Shown here one piece after another: positions 10,837 through 21,356 of a stretch of 64,000 bases of DNA. A program made the position numbers and the translations under genes. Within the stretch, counting starts at the first letter, position 1; every line of letters begins with the position of its first letter. Origin of the DNA: Salisapilia sapeloensis CBS 127946 (taxonomy: Eukaryota; Protista; Oomycota); NCBI GenBank assembly GCA_023334545.1, contig JAADVB010000079.1, positions 6,212 to 70,211 on the forward strand. The letters run 5' to 3'. The notes under the pieces were generated by a model, which made no database searches, had not been told where the DNA came from, and saw only the letters and a program-made list of their open reading frames with translations.

Positions 10837-13800
10837 ATGGAAGACGAGCGGGGACAAAGCTTTTCGCCACTAGACACCCTTTCAAACGGTGAAAATTCAT
10901 CAATGGATTCTGAATGGCAAGCTAGTAGAATATCTTCGATAAAATATGAGTCAGACGCTCATGGTTCAGTTAAAAGGGTTTCCTCTCCTCGTGACGACAT
11001 CGATTCTAAAGAGTTGACGAAGCGTGGGCTAGATGACAACCATAAAGTAGTTGCTGGTCACTCTCTAGCTCCTGCAGAAGAGAATATTACGCAATTAAGT
11101 GCAGATTCTCTAGATGGAGACACAGCGCAGAAGGGGTCGTCATATAAGCTTTTCCGAAGTCATACTTGTAAGGAAACGTCTCCCACTCGTATGAATAGGA
11201 CATTGAGGAGAGGTAGTTCCAGCTTTGATTCTGCTAAACTGAAAGCGATGCTGGAAAAATCTCCACCGAAACAAAAGCAAATGCAAGCCCTGATGCATAG
11301 CAAAGTGACCACAAAGTTCCAGGTTCGCCGGTTGCGTAAAACATCATCAATTTCAGAGTTGAGAAAGAGCGAAGAACACAAAGCACACTCTGTTCGAGAA
11401 AGACGATCAAGCAATGCTGAAAGGTTTCGTGTTCTACCTGTTGATAATACACAGCAAATGGAAGCTCAAAGGGACAATGAATTAGGTCTTGGCAAGGGCT
11501 CTGCAGCTCATGGCGACCATCCGCTTCCCACGAAGAGATATTCATCTAGTAGGGCATTTTCAAGCGAAGTTTTGTCTGAAAAGGGAGATTTGAATACTCC
11601 GACTGTTGTTGAACACAGTCCAAGTGCTGAAACGTCCCGAAGTATGGCATATTTGCGGCGAAATGTGGAACGTGGTTATGCCCAAGCTGGGCTGCATCTT
11701 ACAGTCAAAGAGGCAGTCCTAAAGCAATTTCGAGCTTTAATATCGAAGTTACCGACGCCTTTGTCCCCCTTCTCAGTGCTGTCGTATATTCGCTATCTTA
11801 TCATGCCCTTCTGCTACGTCCTAAGTGTGATATGCTCTCCACTTCAACTGCCATTTTACAACGACAATGTATGGTGGCTTGATCAAATAGAGAAAACAAT
11901 TGAAGTGCTACTATTGCTCGACCTCGGAATGCTTTTAAACACAGCATTTTTAAACTGCAAGGGTGAGCTCGTGTATTCTCGGCGCCTGATCGTCAAGCGA
12001 TTCAAAGTACGCTTAGTTTTGCTGGCAGTCTCTTCCATTCCGATAAGGTGGATCATGTACATTTTTGCTATCAGTCAAGGAGGGTTTTTGACCTATTACG
12101 ACCGTTTCTTACAAGGTTTTCTTCGGTTCACTCGTGCCTATTGGTTTTTTCAAACCACTGCGCAAGTCCTTGTGACTCATGCAAAACGTCTCGACAGTCT
12201 AGTTTTTGAATGGCTTCAATATTCTCAAACTGCACATTTGATTCGCTTCGTCGCAATCATTGCGATGATATTTTTGATGGATCACTACGCAGCTTGCACT
12301 TGGTGGTATTTGTCCATCACACCTAGATCATTAGAAAATCTTACTTTTGACAATTATATGGACCACTTCTATGACGTAGTATGCCTTTTGAACGGAGAAA
12401 GGCTAAATCTGACTACTACCACCCAGAAAATTTTTGCTTCCGTGGCTGGGGTGGTCGGTGTCTTTGTTATGGGCGTTGTACTTGGATACGTAACTATGCT
12501 GCTCGACAGCTTTTTTTCGAATCGAATGCGCTTTCAGCGCAACATGGAACTAACCGTAACAATGATGAAGAAGATGAAGCTGCCTTCCTCACTCCGCGAC
12601 CGCGTTTCTCAGCTATACAGACATCTTTGGAACGAATACCAGTCTACCAACAAAAACGTCAATGGATTTACTAAATGCCTAAACGATAACCTCGCCTTTG
12701 AAGTCATCTTGTACAAGTACATGGACATCGTCATGCACGTTCCAATCTGGGCAGATTGCAGTTCTGACTTTTTAAAGCAGATCATGAGCAACCTTGAAGT
12801 GCAAGTATACCTTCCAGATGACTATATTATGCGCAAGGACGAAGTTGGTACCTGTTTCTACATGATTCAGCGGGGTCAGTGTGAAATGAAATATGATTTA
12901 GCTAGTGTGGACCATGCTTTAACACCCAAGCCGACGGACGATGAGAATTGTCAGATCGCTGGAAACGAAGAACCAGCCTTTGAGATTCACTCCGAGTATA
13001 ACTCAACTGAGTCTTCACAGGAATTTAATGAGGCTGATGGTGAACGAAACATAGCATCCGGGACACCGGCTCAAGATCGTACTTCATCAACGCGCGTTCT
13101 GCAGCATGGACATTCATTCGGGGAGCTTGCTCTCTTATCCAACTACAACCGAACTTCGGCTGTTCGCGCATTGACGCACGTAGAAATATGCACTCTTACA
13201 CAAGAAAAGTTCCAGGCAATCCTTGAACGCTACCCCATCGATCGTCGCCGAGTGCTATTCCAACTTCTTCGGACGCACATGGTAACAAATCTGGAAGTTA
13301 ATGGACGATGTCCATTATTACAACAAATGGACAAAGTGAAAGGAAGTTTGGATAAAGGCATGTCGGCTGATGAAGCTGCCTTGCGTATAGCTACCTTTAT
13401 AACAGACAACACTTCCAATACTACACTCCGATATTGTATCGACAACAAGTTGAATTGGCAGTCTAATCCAGTTGATAAAGCAAACATTACTAGAGGCGAG
13501 AGTTGTAAGAATCTAGAGCGTCAAAATCAATACGAAAAGCGGACACCGTCGACTCATCACATGAAGGCGGGTTATGTCTGTGGTGACTCAAGTGACCGTA
13601 AAGATGGGGATAATAGCGTGGTGATACTAAAATCCTTGTACGACCTGATAATCCAACAAACGAACGAGCTAAACGCACTAAGGACAGAGATGAAGGATTT
13701 AAAAACGGAATTCATTTCTTTCAAAGATACCGGCCGCCTTGAAGACGACGCAAGTCAGGGAAACGAAACAAGAAGTATTCGACCTGATGTGCCCTTGCTC

Positions 13801-13887
13801 AGCTTAAATACTTGTGGACATTCCTCTACAAATGGTGGAAGTAGCCTATCTCCGGGAATTGAGTCAAGAAGAGATGATTCCCGTTGA
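10837..13887 (+). CDS. Cyclic nucleotide-binding-domain cation channel (CNG/KCNH-like); true C-terminus may extend to 14232
   Basis: Six hydrophobic segments, C-linker (LPSSLRDRVSQLYRHLW) and CNBD (YLPDDYIMRKDEVGTCFYMIQRG ... FGELALL..RTSAVRALTHVEICTL). Confidence 0.85.
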   Translation: MEDERGQSFSPLDTLSNGENSSMDSEWQASRISSIKYESDAHGSVKRVSSPRDDIDSKELTKRGLDDNHKVVAGHSLAPAEENITQLSADSLDGDTAQKGSSYKLFRSHTCKETSPTRMNRTLRRGSSSFDSAKLKAMLEKSPPKQKQMQALMHSKVTTKFQVRRLRKTSSISELRKSEEHKAHSVRERRSSNAERFRVLPVDNTQQMEAQRDNELGLGKGSAAHGDHPLPTKRYSSSRAFSSEVLSEKGDLNTPTVVEHSPSAETSRSMAYLRRNVERGYAQAGLHLTVKEAVLKQFRALISKLPTPLSPFSVLSYIRYLIMPFCYVLSVICSPLQLPFYNDNVWWLDQIEKTIEVLLLLDLGMLLNTAFLNCKGELVYSRRLIVKRFKVRLVLLAVSSIPIRWIMYIFAISQGGFLTYYDRFLQGFLRFTRAYWFFQTTAQVLVTHAKRLDSLVFEWLQYSQTAHLIRFVAIIAMIFLMDHYAACTWWYLSITPRSLENLTFDNYMDHFYDVVCLLNGERLNLTTTTQKIFASVAGVVGVFVMGVVLGYVTMLLDSFFSNRMRFQRNMELTVTMMKKMKLPSSLRDRVSQLYRHLWNEYQSTNKNVNGFTKCLNDNLAFEVILYKYMDIVMHVPIWADCSSDFLKQIMSNLEVQVYLPDDYIMRKDEVGTCFYMIQRGQCEMKYDLASVDHALTPKPTDDENCQIAGNEEPAFEIHSEYNSTESSQEFNEADGERNIASGTPAQDRTSSTRVLQHGHSFGELALLSNYNRTSAVRALTHVEICTLTQEKFQAILERYPIDRRRVLFQLLRTHMVTNLEVNGRCPLLQQMDKVKGSLDKGMSADEAALRIATFITDNTSNTTLRYCIDNKLNWQSNPVDKANITRGESCKNLERQNQYEKRTPSTHHMKAGYVCGDSSDRKDGDNSVVILKSLYDLIIQQTNELNALRTEMKDLKTEFISFKDTGRLEDDASQGNETRSIRPDVPLLSLNTCGHSSTNGGSSLSPGIESRRDDSR

Positions 13888-14442
13888 AGGAGTTCTCGTC
13901 CTCGAAATGCAGCTTTTAAATTACCACAAGCCAAAGCAGCGCCGCATACGATAAGTTCCAGTAGGTCTACCCGTGCTGTGCTAATTCCAGCGGACTCAAG
14001 TCGAAGCTTTGAACAAAGCTTTCCACAGCGTCTGCATTCAGTCGATACTCTTCCAAGAACAAATAGCACCGAGAGCAGCCCGACGCTAACCGCTACATTG
14101 CTACACATCAATGAGTTTATCGGCGGTAAGAAACAGAATTTATCTCGAAGGAGGCTCATCCGTCGCGCAACTGCAGAGGATAAAGAGGCAAAAAGAACTA
14201 GACGGCGTGATGATATACGCCATAGCTTTTAGATGGCATGGTAGAGTACTGATCAACAAGACAATATATATATACACATATTCCATGTACGCCTTGTCGA
14301 GAAATTCATTGACGTGTACAAAGGATATAATCATGTGCCACTCGGCTAGATATATCAGAGCGCTAGAGGTTACCGTGAACATACACTAGTACATGCGCAT
14401 GTAAGTATCACGTCATGTTTATTTGGAAAATTAAAGTCAAGT

Positions 14443-17037
14443 CTACAAAACAGATCCTGCTCGAGCTGGTCTTGCCAACTGCTCCGCTTTCATCTTCGCC
14501 ATCTCTCGAATCGCGTCAATCGCTTCGACGATACTAATGCTTGCATCCTGCTTTACAATGCCACTAAGGAAACCAGTGTTCTCTAAAAGACTCTGTAGTC
14601 GCTCTCTCGCGTTCACAATCGCGAGCTGAATTCCACGCCCGTTCAAGTCTTCATTTAGACCCTTCATCATCTGGAGCGTCGTCGAGTCCCACTCCATCGT
14701 TGAGTATGCATCAATCACGACGCCATGCACAGGCCTACCTGAATCATTCTCCTCTCGTTCCTCAATCTCACGCTCGGTCACTCGCTCGATGTACTCGCAA
14801 TTGGCAAAGTACAAAGCACCTTCGATTCGAATGATCACAACATCCGGAAGAGCTCGAGCACTGTCCGGGTACAATTCCAAGTCGACAATGTGCGGTTCCT
14901 CGTCATCACCAGTGTCGACTTCCCCGAGCATCGTAAGTGTTGGGCGACGTGCCTTGTAGATCACAGCAACGAGAGACGTGAAAATCGAAGAGAGAAGACC
15001 AGGGAGCACACCAAGTAGTACTGTCAACACGAACGACGCTAGCCAGACCCAGAACTCATCTCGCTTAACACGGTAGAGCCACTTTGCCTCTTTAAACTCG
15101 ATCAAGGAATGGCCGGATACGATGATAATAGCTGCGAGACTTGCTTTCGGAAGGAAAGCAAGCACTGTTGTAGCCGTGTAGAGCACCAAGACGACCACTC
15201 CGACGGCAATGAGCGACGCAACTTGTGTACGTGCGTTCTGCATGTTGACGGCCGTGCGACTCAACCCACCAGTGGCAGGCACTCCATGGAAGAAGGAGCC
15301 AAAGAGATTGGACAGTCCGAGCGCAATGAGCTCTTGATTCGGGCGAATCTTATATCCTTCTTTGATCGCCAAGCGCTTGGCCATGGCGACACTGGACATG
15401 TATGTGATTAACGCGATCGACAGCGTGTCAATGATGATATGGTACAGACGATCTGCTTCAATCAAGTGCTCTAAAAAACCATACCATGGTAAAACAGGTG
15501 ACGGATACCCTCCAGGTACTTCCCCCGTAAGCTCTAGATCGGAGTCCGTACGAGACAAGTAGCCGATGATGCCACCCATGAGACATACGATGAACGCATC
15601 GAGTTCACATACGAGGCGGAGGGCTATGAGGACAGCGATCTTAGAGCGTGCGACCCGAATGGAGCGAGAGGACGGAGCGATAGAGTGCACCTCGCCTTTC
15701 GTAAGCGCATCGGTAGAGTACGCCGACGCAGTATCAGACCGAGTGGACGACACGACGGATGAGCTACTTGCTTCTCGCTTGGTTGGGAGTCTCCTGCTTG
15801 AACGCTGCTCACGGTCGATCTCGAGATCATCCGACTGATCTATCGAGTCATCGTTCGGGTCATCCTCATCTTCCAAGATGATCATACTCGCGGTAGTGGA
15901 AGACGTAGGCATGTTGCGCCGAGAACGCCAACTATTGCTACGAGGTAATTCAATGTTTAAAAAGTCTTCATCCGACAAGGACAGACCGACGCCTCCATCC
16001 ATGAATGCCGTCGCTGGTCTCGCACTACGTGTGGATGAGAGATCTCGATGTCTCGTTGATTGCACTGCTGGTACATGCGTCCACGCGTCTGTCGTATCGG
16101 ACTTGACACTGTCCATGTCAAGTCGCTGGTCAATGTTTCTCGTAGACTTTTCTGCTTCTGGTTCACTATCCTGTACATGTTTATTGCTCCTATCTTGCTG
16201 ACTTTCTTCATCCGTTGCGCTGTCACTTGCTTCTGTCTCCATATCTAAACTGTGCAGTGTCCTCGTGGACTCGAGTTCTATCTCTTCGTCGACTAGGTCT
16301 TCTAGACGACGCATTTCTCGCATCGCACGTACTTTTAAAGCGCGCATACCGAGCATCACACAGATTGAGACGGCACCTAACGCGACGCTGTACATATTGT
16401 AATGCACGCTTGCTTCCATCAAGTCCAGGACTGTGATAAACGGCACGTCTCGACTCGGAGTGTTTACACCGAACCAATTGGCACATTGAGACAGCATAAT
16501 CAAGACGCCTCCAGCAGATACGAAGCCACCCATGACAGGACGAGAGAAGAAATCGGCGAGGATGCCGAGGCGGAGGATGCCCATTAAAATGAGCATCAGG
16601 CCAACGAAAAACGAGAGAAGAATGGCTGTCGCAACCCGTTCTTCTTCGTCTTCGATCTTGTTGATGGCCGATCCGACTAGCAGTGAGACTTCGGCTCCGT
16701 TGGCGACGCTCAGGACGCGGGAGGTGCCGAAGAGGGGGTAGATCATCGGTACCAGTGCTGCCGTGTACAAGCCGTAGATCGGAGGCACATCCATCATTGT
16801 GGACAGAGATATTTCCTGAGGAACTAGGATGAGTCCTACGGTGATGCCTGCAACGAGGTCGGATGCAAGGTCTTCGCGAATGTCGTACTTGGGCAGCCAT
16901 TCCAAGATTGGAATGTGCTGCTTGAGCTTGCGACGAGCTTTTTCACGAGTACAGCGTTCCCACATCTCAGTAGCATGGTCTTGCCACGACTGCTCTTGTC
17001 CCTGGGTTCGACCGCTGTTGCCGGTAGTCCGTGCCAT
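14443..17037 (-). CDS. SLC26/SulP sulfate/anion transporter with C-terminal STAS domain
   Basis: DLVAGITVGLILVPQ, PPIYGLY, ELIALGLSNLFGSFF, GGLSRTAVN; STAS motif IIRIEGALYFAN. Confidence 0.92.
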   Translation of the reverse strand: MARTTGNSGRTQGQEQSWQDHATEMWERCTREKARRKLKQHIPILEWLPKYDIREDLASDLVAGITVGLILVPQEISLSTMMDVPPIYGLYTAALVPMIYPLFGTSRVLSVANGAEVSLLVGSAINKIEDEEERVATAILLSFFVGLMLILMGILRLGILADFFSRPVMGGFVSAGGVLIMLSQCANWFGVNTPSRDVPFITVLDLMEASVHYNMYSVALGAVSICVMLGMRALKVRAMREMRRLEDLVDEEIELESTRTLHSLDMETEASDSATDEESQQDRSNKHVQDSEPEAEKSTRNIDQRLDMDSVKSDTTDAWTHVPAVQSTRHRDLSSTRSARPATAFMDGGVGLSLSDEDFLNIELPRSNSWRSRRNMPTSSTTASMIILEDEDDPNDDSIDQSDDLEIDREQRSSRRLPTKREASSSSVVSSTRSDTASAYSTDALTKGEVHSIAPSSRSIRVARSKIAVLIALRLVCELDAFIVCLMGGIIGYLSRTDSDLELTGEVPGGYPSPVLPWYGFLEHLIEADRLYHIIIDTLSIALITYMSSVAMAKRLAIKEGYKIRPNQELIALGLSNLFGSFFHGVPATGGLSRTAVNMQNARTQVASLIAVGVVVLVLYTATTVLAFLPKASLAAIIIVSGHSLIEFKEAKWLYRVKRDEFWVWLASFVLTVLLGVLPGLLSSIFTSLVAVIYKARRPTLTMLGEVDTGDDEEPHIVDLELYPDSARALPDVVIIRIEGALYFANCEYIERVTEREIEEREENDSGRPVHGVVIDAYSTMEWDSTTLQMMKGLNEDLNGRGIQLAIVNARERLQSLLENTGFLSGIVKQDASISIVEAIDAIREMAKMKAEQLARPARAGSVL

Positions 17038-18289
17038 CGTCTATACACCGTAGTACTCGTTCCCGTGTCGTTCCAGTACCTCTGACGCTCAGTGCGATAA
17101 GAATGACTTGTCTTTTGTATGATACGTCCTGCATAAAGTGTACCCATTTACAGGATTGCACGCGTCCCTCGTATTGCTAGGATAGGTGTACGTCTTATTC
17201 GCGGAAAGGGGACGGATACGAGCTAACAGATAAACTGATAGGATCCTCTTCTTGTCATTAATACCATTCGTGGAGTAGATATCTAAAAGAACTATCGTTT
17301 GCGCTGGAAACCACTGTGGATTATATTCGGTGCTTGTAGGATGAACATGTGCGCCTTTTAAAAGCAACAATATGTATCCTGGTCTAGTGAAGGCTTTTGG
17401 AGTTGGCTATCATTGGAAGCTTTACAAGTAGTCTCCATTAGTTGACAGGCCCATTGGCAGTCCTACCTTTTGATGCAATGCAAAAGTGTTTTTCTCACTG
17501 GTCCAAGTGATATAATGCAGTAGATCGCTTCGGTTCATTCGTCCATAAAATCATGCTTGGCTTTACTAAACTAGTAGAAGGTTGCACGCTCTTGCTTGTA
17601 ATCGAGCGAAAGAAGTGTGATTTGTCGGGGAGGTGGGTTAGATTCATGAAAGGACATTCAAGAAACGGAAGAGGACCAACAATTAGAGCTACAATATAAG
17701 CAGACGACTAACGAGTAATGAGAGTAAAAGCAGTCATCTTTATTCAACGAAAAATGAAATCACTACAAATCGGAATCAATCCTTCTTACATCTGGCAAGT
17801 CTTGCAAGTAGTATCCAAAAAACCTAAATTAATACCTTCCATTAAAAAATGATTCAAATCTCAACTCGCAGGACGGATATCAAAAGCACAATCCTATGTA
17901 GATCACACGAAGGAAGCGAGCATGAAAGTAGCTCTTGCATCATCTTGAGAATGCTTCAACTGGCACAGTAACTCTGCTGTACCATAATCGCACCACCTTA
18001 AAACCCTTCTTTTATCTTTGCACAAACACTAATTTTAAAGTAATAATTCCCATACAAACGTCAAGTTCTCATCCCCTCGCGGCGTTTCCAGCCACAAAAA
18101 CACCAAACGAGGGACTTTCGGTCGATACTTAGCATCCTTCCTCTCCTCCCCTCGCACACGTACGCTTTGCATCAAGGTACTGCGCCTATTCTATCTTTTA
18201 CAGACTGTCCTCATCAACTAATTCGTATCTCTATGTTTTGTATCCGTTCATCTACTATTGCAAAATCTTGCTCGAAACAGCAGACAATT

Positions 18290-18997
18290 ATGTTCACGAA
18301 CCAAGTCAAGCAGGCAATGAAAGCGCCACTCGCGCGTTCCATGGCGTCCCAGGCCTCGAAAAAAGAGGTGGAGGCCATTGGTAACTTTGGAAGCATGGCC
18401 CAGCCGAAGCTCCAGCTATTCGGCCTCCACTCGCGTTACGCGAACGCGCTGTACTCGGTCGCCGCCAAGAACAAGTCGCTCGAGTCGGTTGAAAAGGAGC
18501 TTGCCAGCATCATGCAGTCGATTGACTCGGACGCTCGTTTCGCCAACTTCCTCAAGGACCCGACGATCCCCAAGAACTCCAAGCAGGAGGACATTCGTAA
18601 GGTCGTGAAAGAGGCAAAGTTCTCGGAGCCTGTTCGTGGTCTCTTTGAAGTCCTGAGCGAGAACGGCCGTCTTGCTGAAACGCGTGGCGTCATCGATTGC
18701 TACCAGAAGCTCATGTCGGCGTACCGTAACGAAGTCCAGGCCAAGGTCACGAGTGCCGACTCCTTGTCCAAGTCTCAATTGGACCAGGTGAAAAAGAGCT
18801 TGGAAAAGCGTTTGAAGAAGGAAGAGAAGCTTATTCTCGAAACCGAGGTCGACCCGGACATTCTCGGCGGTCTCAAGGTCCAATTGGGCAACTACTTCAT
18901 CGATTTGAGTCTCGCAACCAAGGTCGACAAGATCAACCAAGTGCTCGTGAACACGCCCGTGACGAAGCAGGCGCTTGAATCTGCCAAGAAGCAGTAA
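18290..18997 (+). CDS. ATP5PO: Mitochondrial ATP synthase subunit O (OSCP)
   Basis: RYANALYS, FLKDPTI, LSENGRL, VDPDILGGL..YFIDLS. First ATG at 18290 gives a presequence-like N-terminus; strong C-ending codon bias. Confidence 0.93.
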   Translation: MFTNQVKQAMKAPLARSMASQASKKEVEAIGNFGSMAQPKLQLFGLHSRYANALYSVAAKNKSLESVEKELASIMQSIDSDARFANFLKDPTIPKNSKQEDIRKVVKEAKFSEPVRGLFEVLSENGRLAETRGVIDCYQKLMSAYRNEVQAKVTSADSLSKSQLDQVKKSLEKRLKKEEKLILETEVDPDILGGLKVQLGNYFIDLSLATKVDKINQVLVNTPVTKQALESAKKQ

Positions 18998-19157
18998 ACA
19001 TACTGGAAGGGAGAACAAAGGAATAAAGTGACATTCTTTTTTCTTTTCTTTCTTCTTCTGTCTCGTTTTATTTTGTGGTGCTAGTTTTTCAGATAGAGAC
19101 AGCTACATGTAAATTACACTCCGAGGCGAGTATACGACGAAGGAATCGATCGAGACG

Positions 19158-19962
19158 ATGGACGGGTTCTCATATCCTGAATACTATGACTTTCCCCCTT
19201 TTTTCACGTAATTAGTAGTATACAGCTAGAGGAGTACTCGGATTGATGTTGGACGTAGGCTCCAGCCCGTTCGAGCGACGAGAGAGAAGCAATTGGTGCT
19301 TTGGAAGCAGCTCTTATTAGAGCATCACCGACTGCACAATTCACATGAGCTCCAACCGTATACGTCCCCACTCTTTGAGAACAGCAAAATTTCTCGTGCG
19401 TGCTTGACAAGTTTCAATTGTGGACGTACAGAAGATGATAATGTTTTTGATTAGGGAAGATGGATACGGCAGGACGAACAGCGGTGGTGGAATACTTAAT
19501 TAAATGTGGCAATGGCAAGTGGGAAGATGATGCAAAGACGAGGTGTCGGATCATGTGGAAGAAGCCGGCGGAGTGGGCTGTGGAGATTTACGATTTTGTA
19601 TTCTACTTTTATTTTTTTCGTTAATGCTTTATTGACAAGAGTTATGTAGGCAAAAGAAAATGGAATGCTAGGCAGTGTGTACACGGTGTATGAACTATAT
19701 GCTGGTGAAGAGACCGTAAATGCCAGTACGTATGTGTCGATTTATGCCATATTCAGAAATTGACCACGAAGAAGGTATGCACGGGATGGAGCCGTGGTTA
19801 TTGCGCGAAGCGTTAAGTGTGCTGGAAGAAGAAGGCAAGGTGCGTTTTCAAAGTTTATGAGCTCTGGTCTCGAACGATTTTTTACATGTGTAAATGTAGG
19901 CGGCGATTTTGGCAGGAGACACATCAGAAGAAGATGGTGTCAAATTTATCACAATTGAATAA
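19158..19962 (+). CDS. VPS25: ESCRT-II subunit VPS25; 6 exons (19158-19207, 19259-19395, 19455-19597, 19650-19725, 19775-19839, 19900-19962)
   Basis: Manual splicing of five GT-AG introns (51, 59, 52, 49, 60 nt) gives MDGFSYPEYYDFPPFFTLQP..TREKQLVLW..SPLFENSKISR..KTRCRIMWKKPAEW..VYTVYELYAGEET..HGME..EGKA..DGVKF, a textbook Vps25. Confidence 0.93.
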
Positions 19963-20680
19963 AAGCATTCCAGTGAGGTTTTACGTGAGAATGAGACGTA
20001 AGATTATGTCTGCGTGCTGTCTTTCCTGTCGCTCACGAGTAGTCCATTATTTCAGAGTCTAATGTACGTTAGTTTTGGCGGTACATAGTACTTGGAGCCT
20101 ATACTTTATTAGTATTTTCCAACTGAAAGTACGCTGACAATAACATAGCATGAAAGCTGCGATAAAAGCCAAGTAAGTTTGCTTTTATTAAAGTGTATGT
20201 GTGCGCCAGCACGTTTAAAAGTCATTTTAAAATATCTTATATATCTTTAAAGTTTCTTGTCCTACAGAATAAACCGGATAAAACAAACTTTTATGTTGTC
20301 ACGAAATGTGCTGTTTTCGAAATGGCTAGAGGTGTCAAACCTGGCAAACAGTGCCTCATTTTCCTTAAATAAGATTTTCATCTTTCAGCTCGACTGATCG
20401 TATTTGGAGCCTGACTTATTCATGAGCGCTCGAAATAAAATGTTCGATTTTTTAGGAGTTATGGCCGATTATTTGGCAATCAGACACTTCATTCTATTTT
20501 GCGATTTTGACAGGTGTGATACGCCCTATCCGAAGGTTTCTTTAGCTGCTTTCTCTAGGGCTCTATCGCGTTGGATTTAGATAGTCGATAGATCAGAAAT
20601 ATGTATGCAGGGAGACCGATATCTCTACAGGTATCGCCGGAGAGAGAACATGAAGAGTAAAAGGCTGAATTTGTATTTAG

Positions 20681-21198
20681 TAGTTATGTCAGCTAACATA
20701 CTCCCAGCGCCAAGAGTAAGAAGCTGATACTCAAACATTTAGAGTCATCCGTATCTGTATCACTATTGATTGGCACCAGATAGCAGATATTTCTTTGTAA
20801 TTAAGCAGTCTATGTGCGTGTCAGCTTGTGCTATATCTACTTCTGTCTTCTTACCACCTTTCGTACACGGGAGAACCAATGCGAGATGCAAATAAAGTAT
20901 GAGGTCTGAGAGCAACGTCAGGTCATACATTTCTATGATCGTGGCAATGGAACTAATTCCGCTGTACGTCTAGCAGAACGTTATGCTTTGTTTTCCATCC
21001 AATATCTCTTGCGTAGTTTTGGTACAAAAGGAAACGATAATGAGGCATAAAACATTTGCAAGACCAGCAATCTGGTATGTATCTATAAATTTATTTTCAT
21101 TTATTAATTTTTGTTAAAAAATAGTTATGTCGGCTAACTACGCCCAACGTCGCTGCTTCGCGCGGCGTTAATTACAGAGGCGTCTTACGACTGCCCTG
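20681..21198. repeat. 17-bp imperfect direct repeat (20681-20697, 21122-21138) followed by two GC-rich hairpins (21146-21198)
   Basis: TAGTTATGTC(A/G)GCTAAC occurs twice. Stem AACGTCGC/GCGGCGTT, then CAGAGGCGTC-TTAC-GACTGCCCTG. Confidence 0.45.
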
Positions 21199-21356
21199 TG
21201 GTAGGAGCCCTTGGCATATAGCTATAAAGCTATACTTCAATCTTTACGCGAACCTGTAGATACTAGTGAAAATAGTCCGTTTCGCGAGTTAAATGCGGCG
21301 CAGATATAAAAGGACTCGTCACTTCTGCCGAAAGGTTCGCGGTATCATTGATCGAA

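Noticed and set aside
16223-19018. Long alternative-frame or antisense ORFs (e.g. 16223-16900, 18416-19018; also 41051-41638 and 60104-60736)
   Set aside because: They overlap well-supported genes with strong codon bias and are shadow ORFs with no recognisable motifs.
21122-21170. Integron attC-like site (TAAC..GTTA)
   Set aside because: The core sites do not fit RYYYAAC/GTTRRRY, and the context is eukaryotic.
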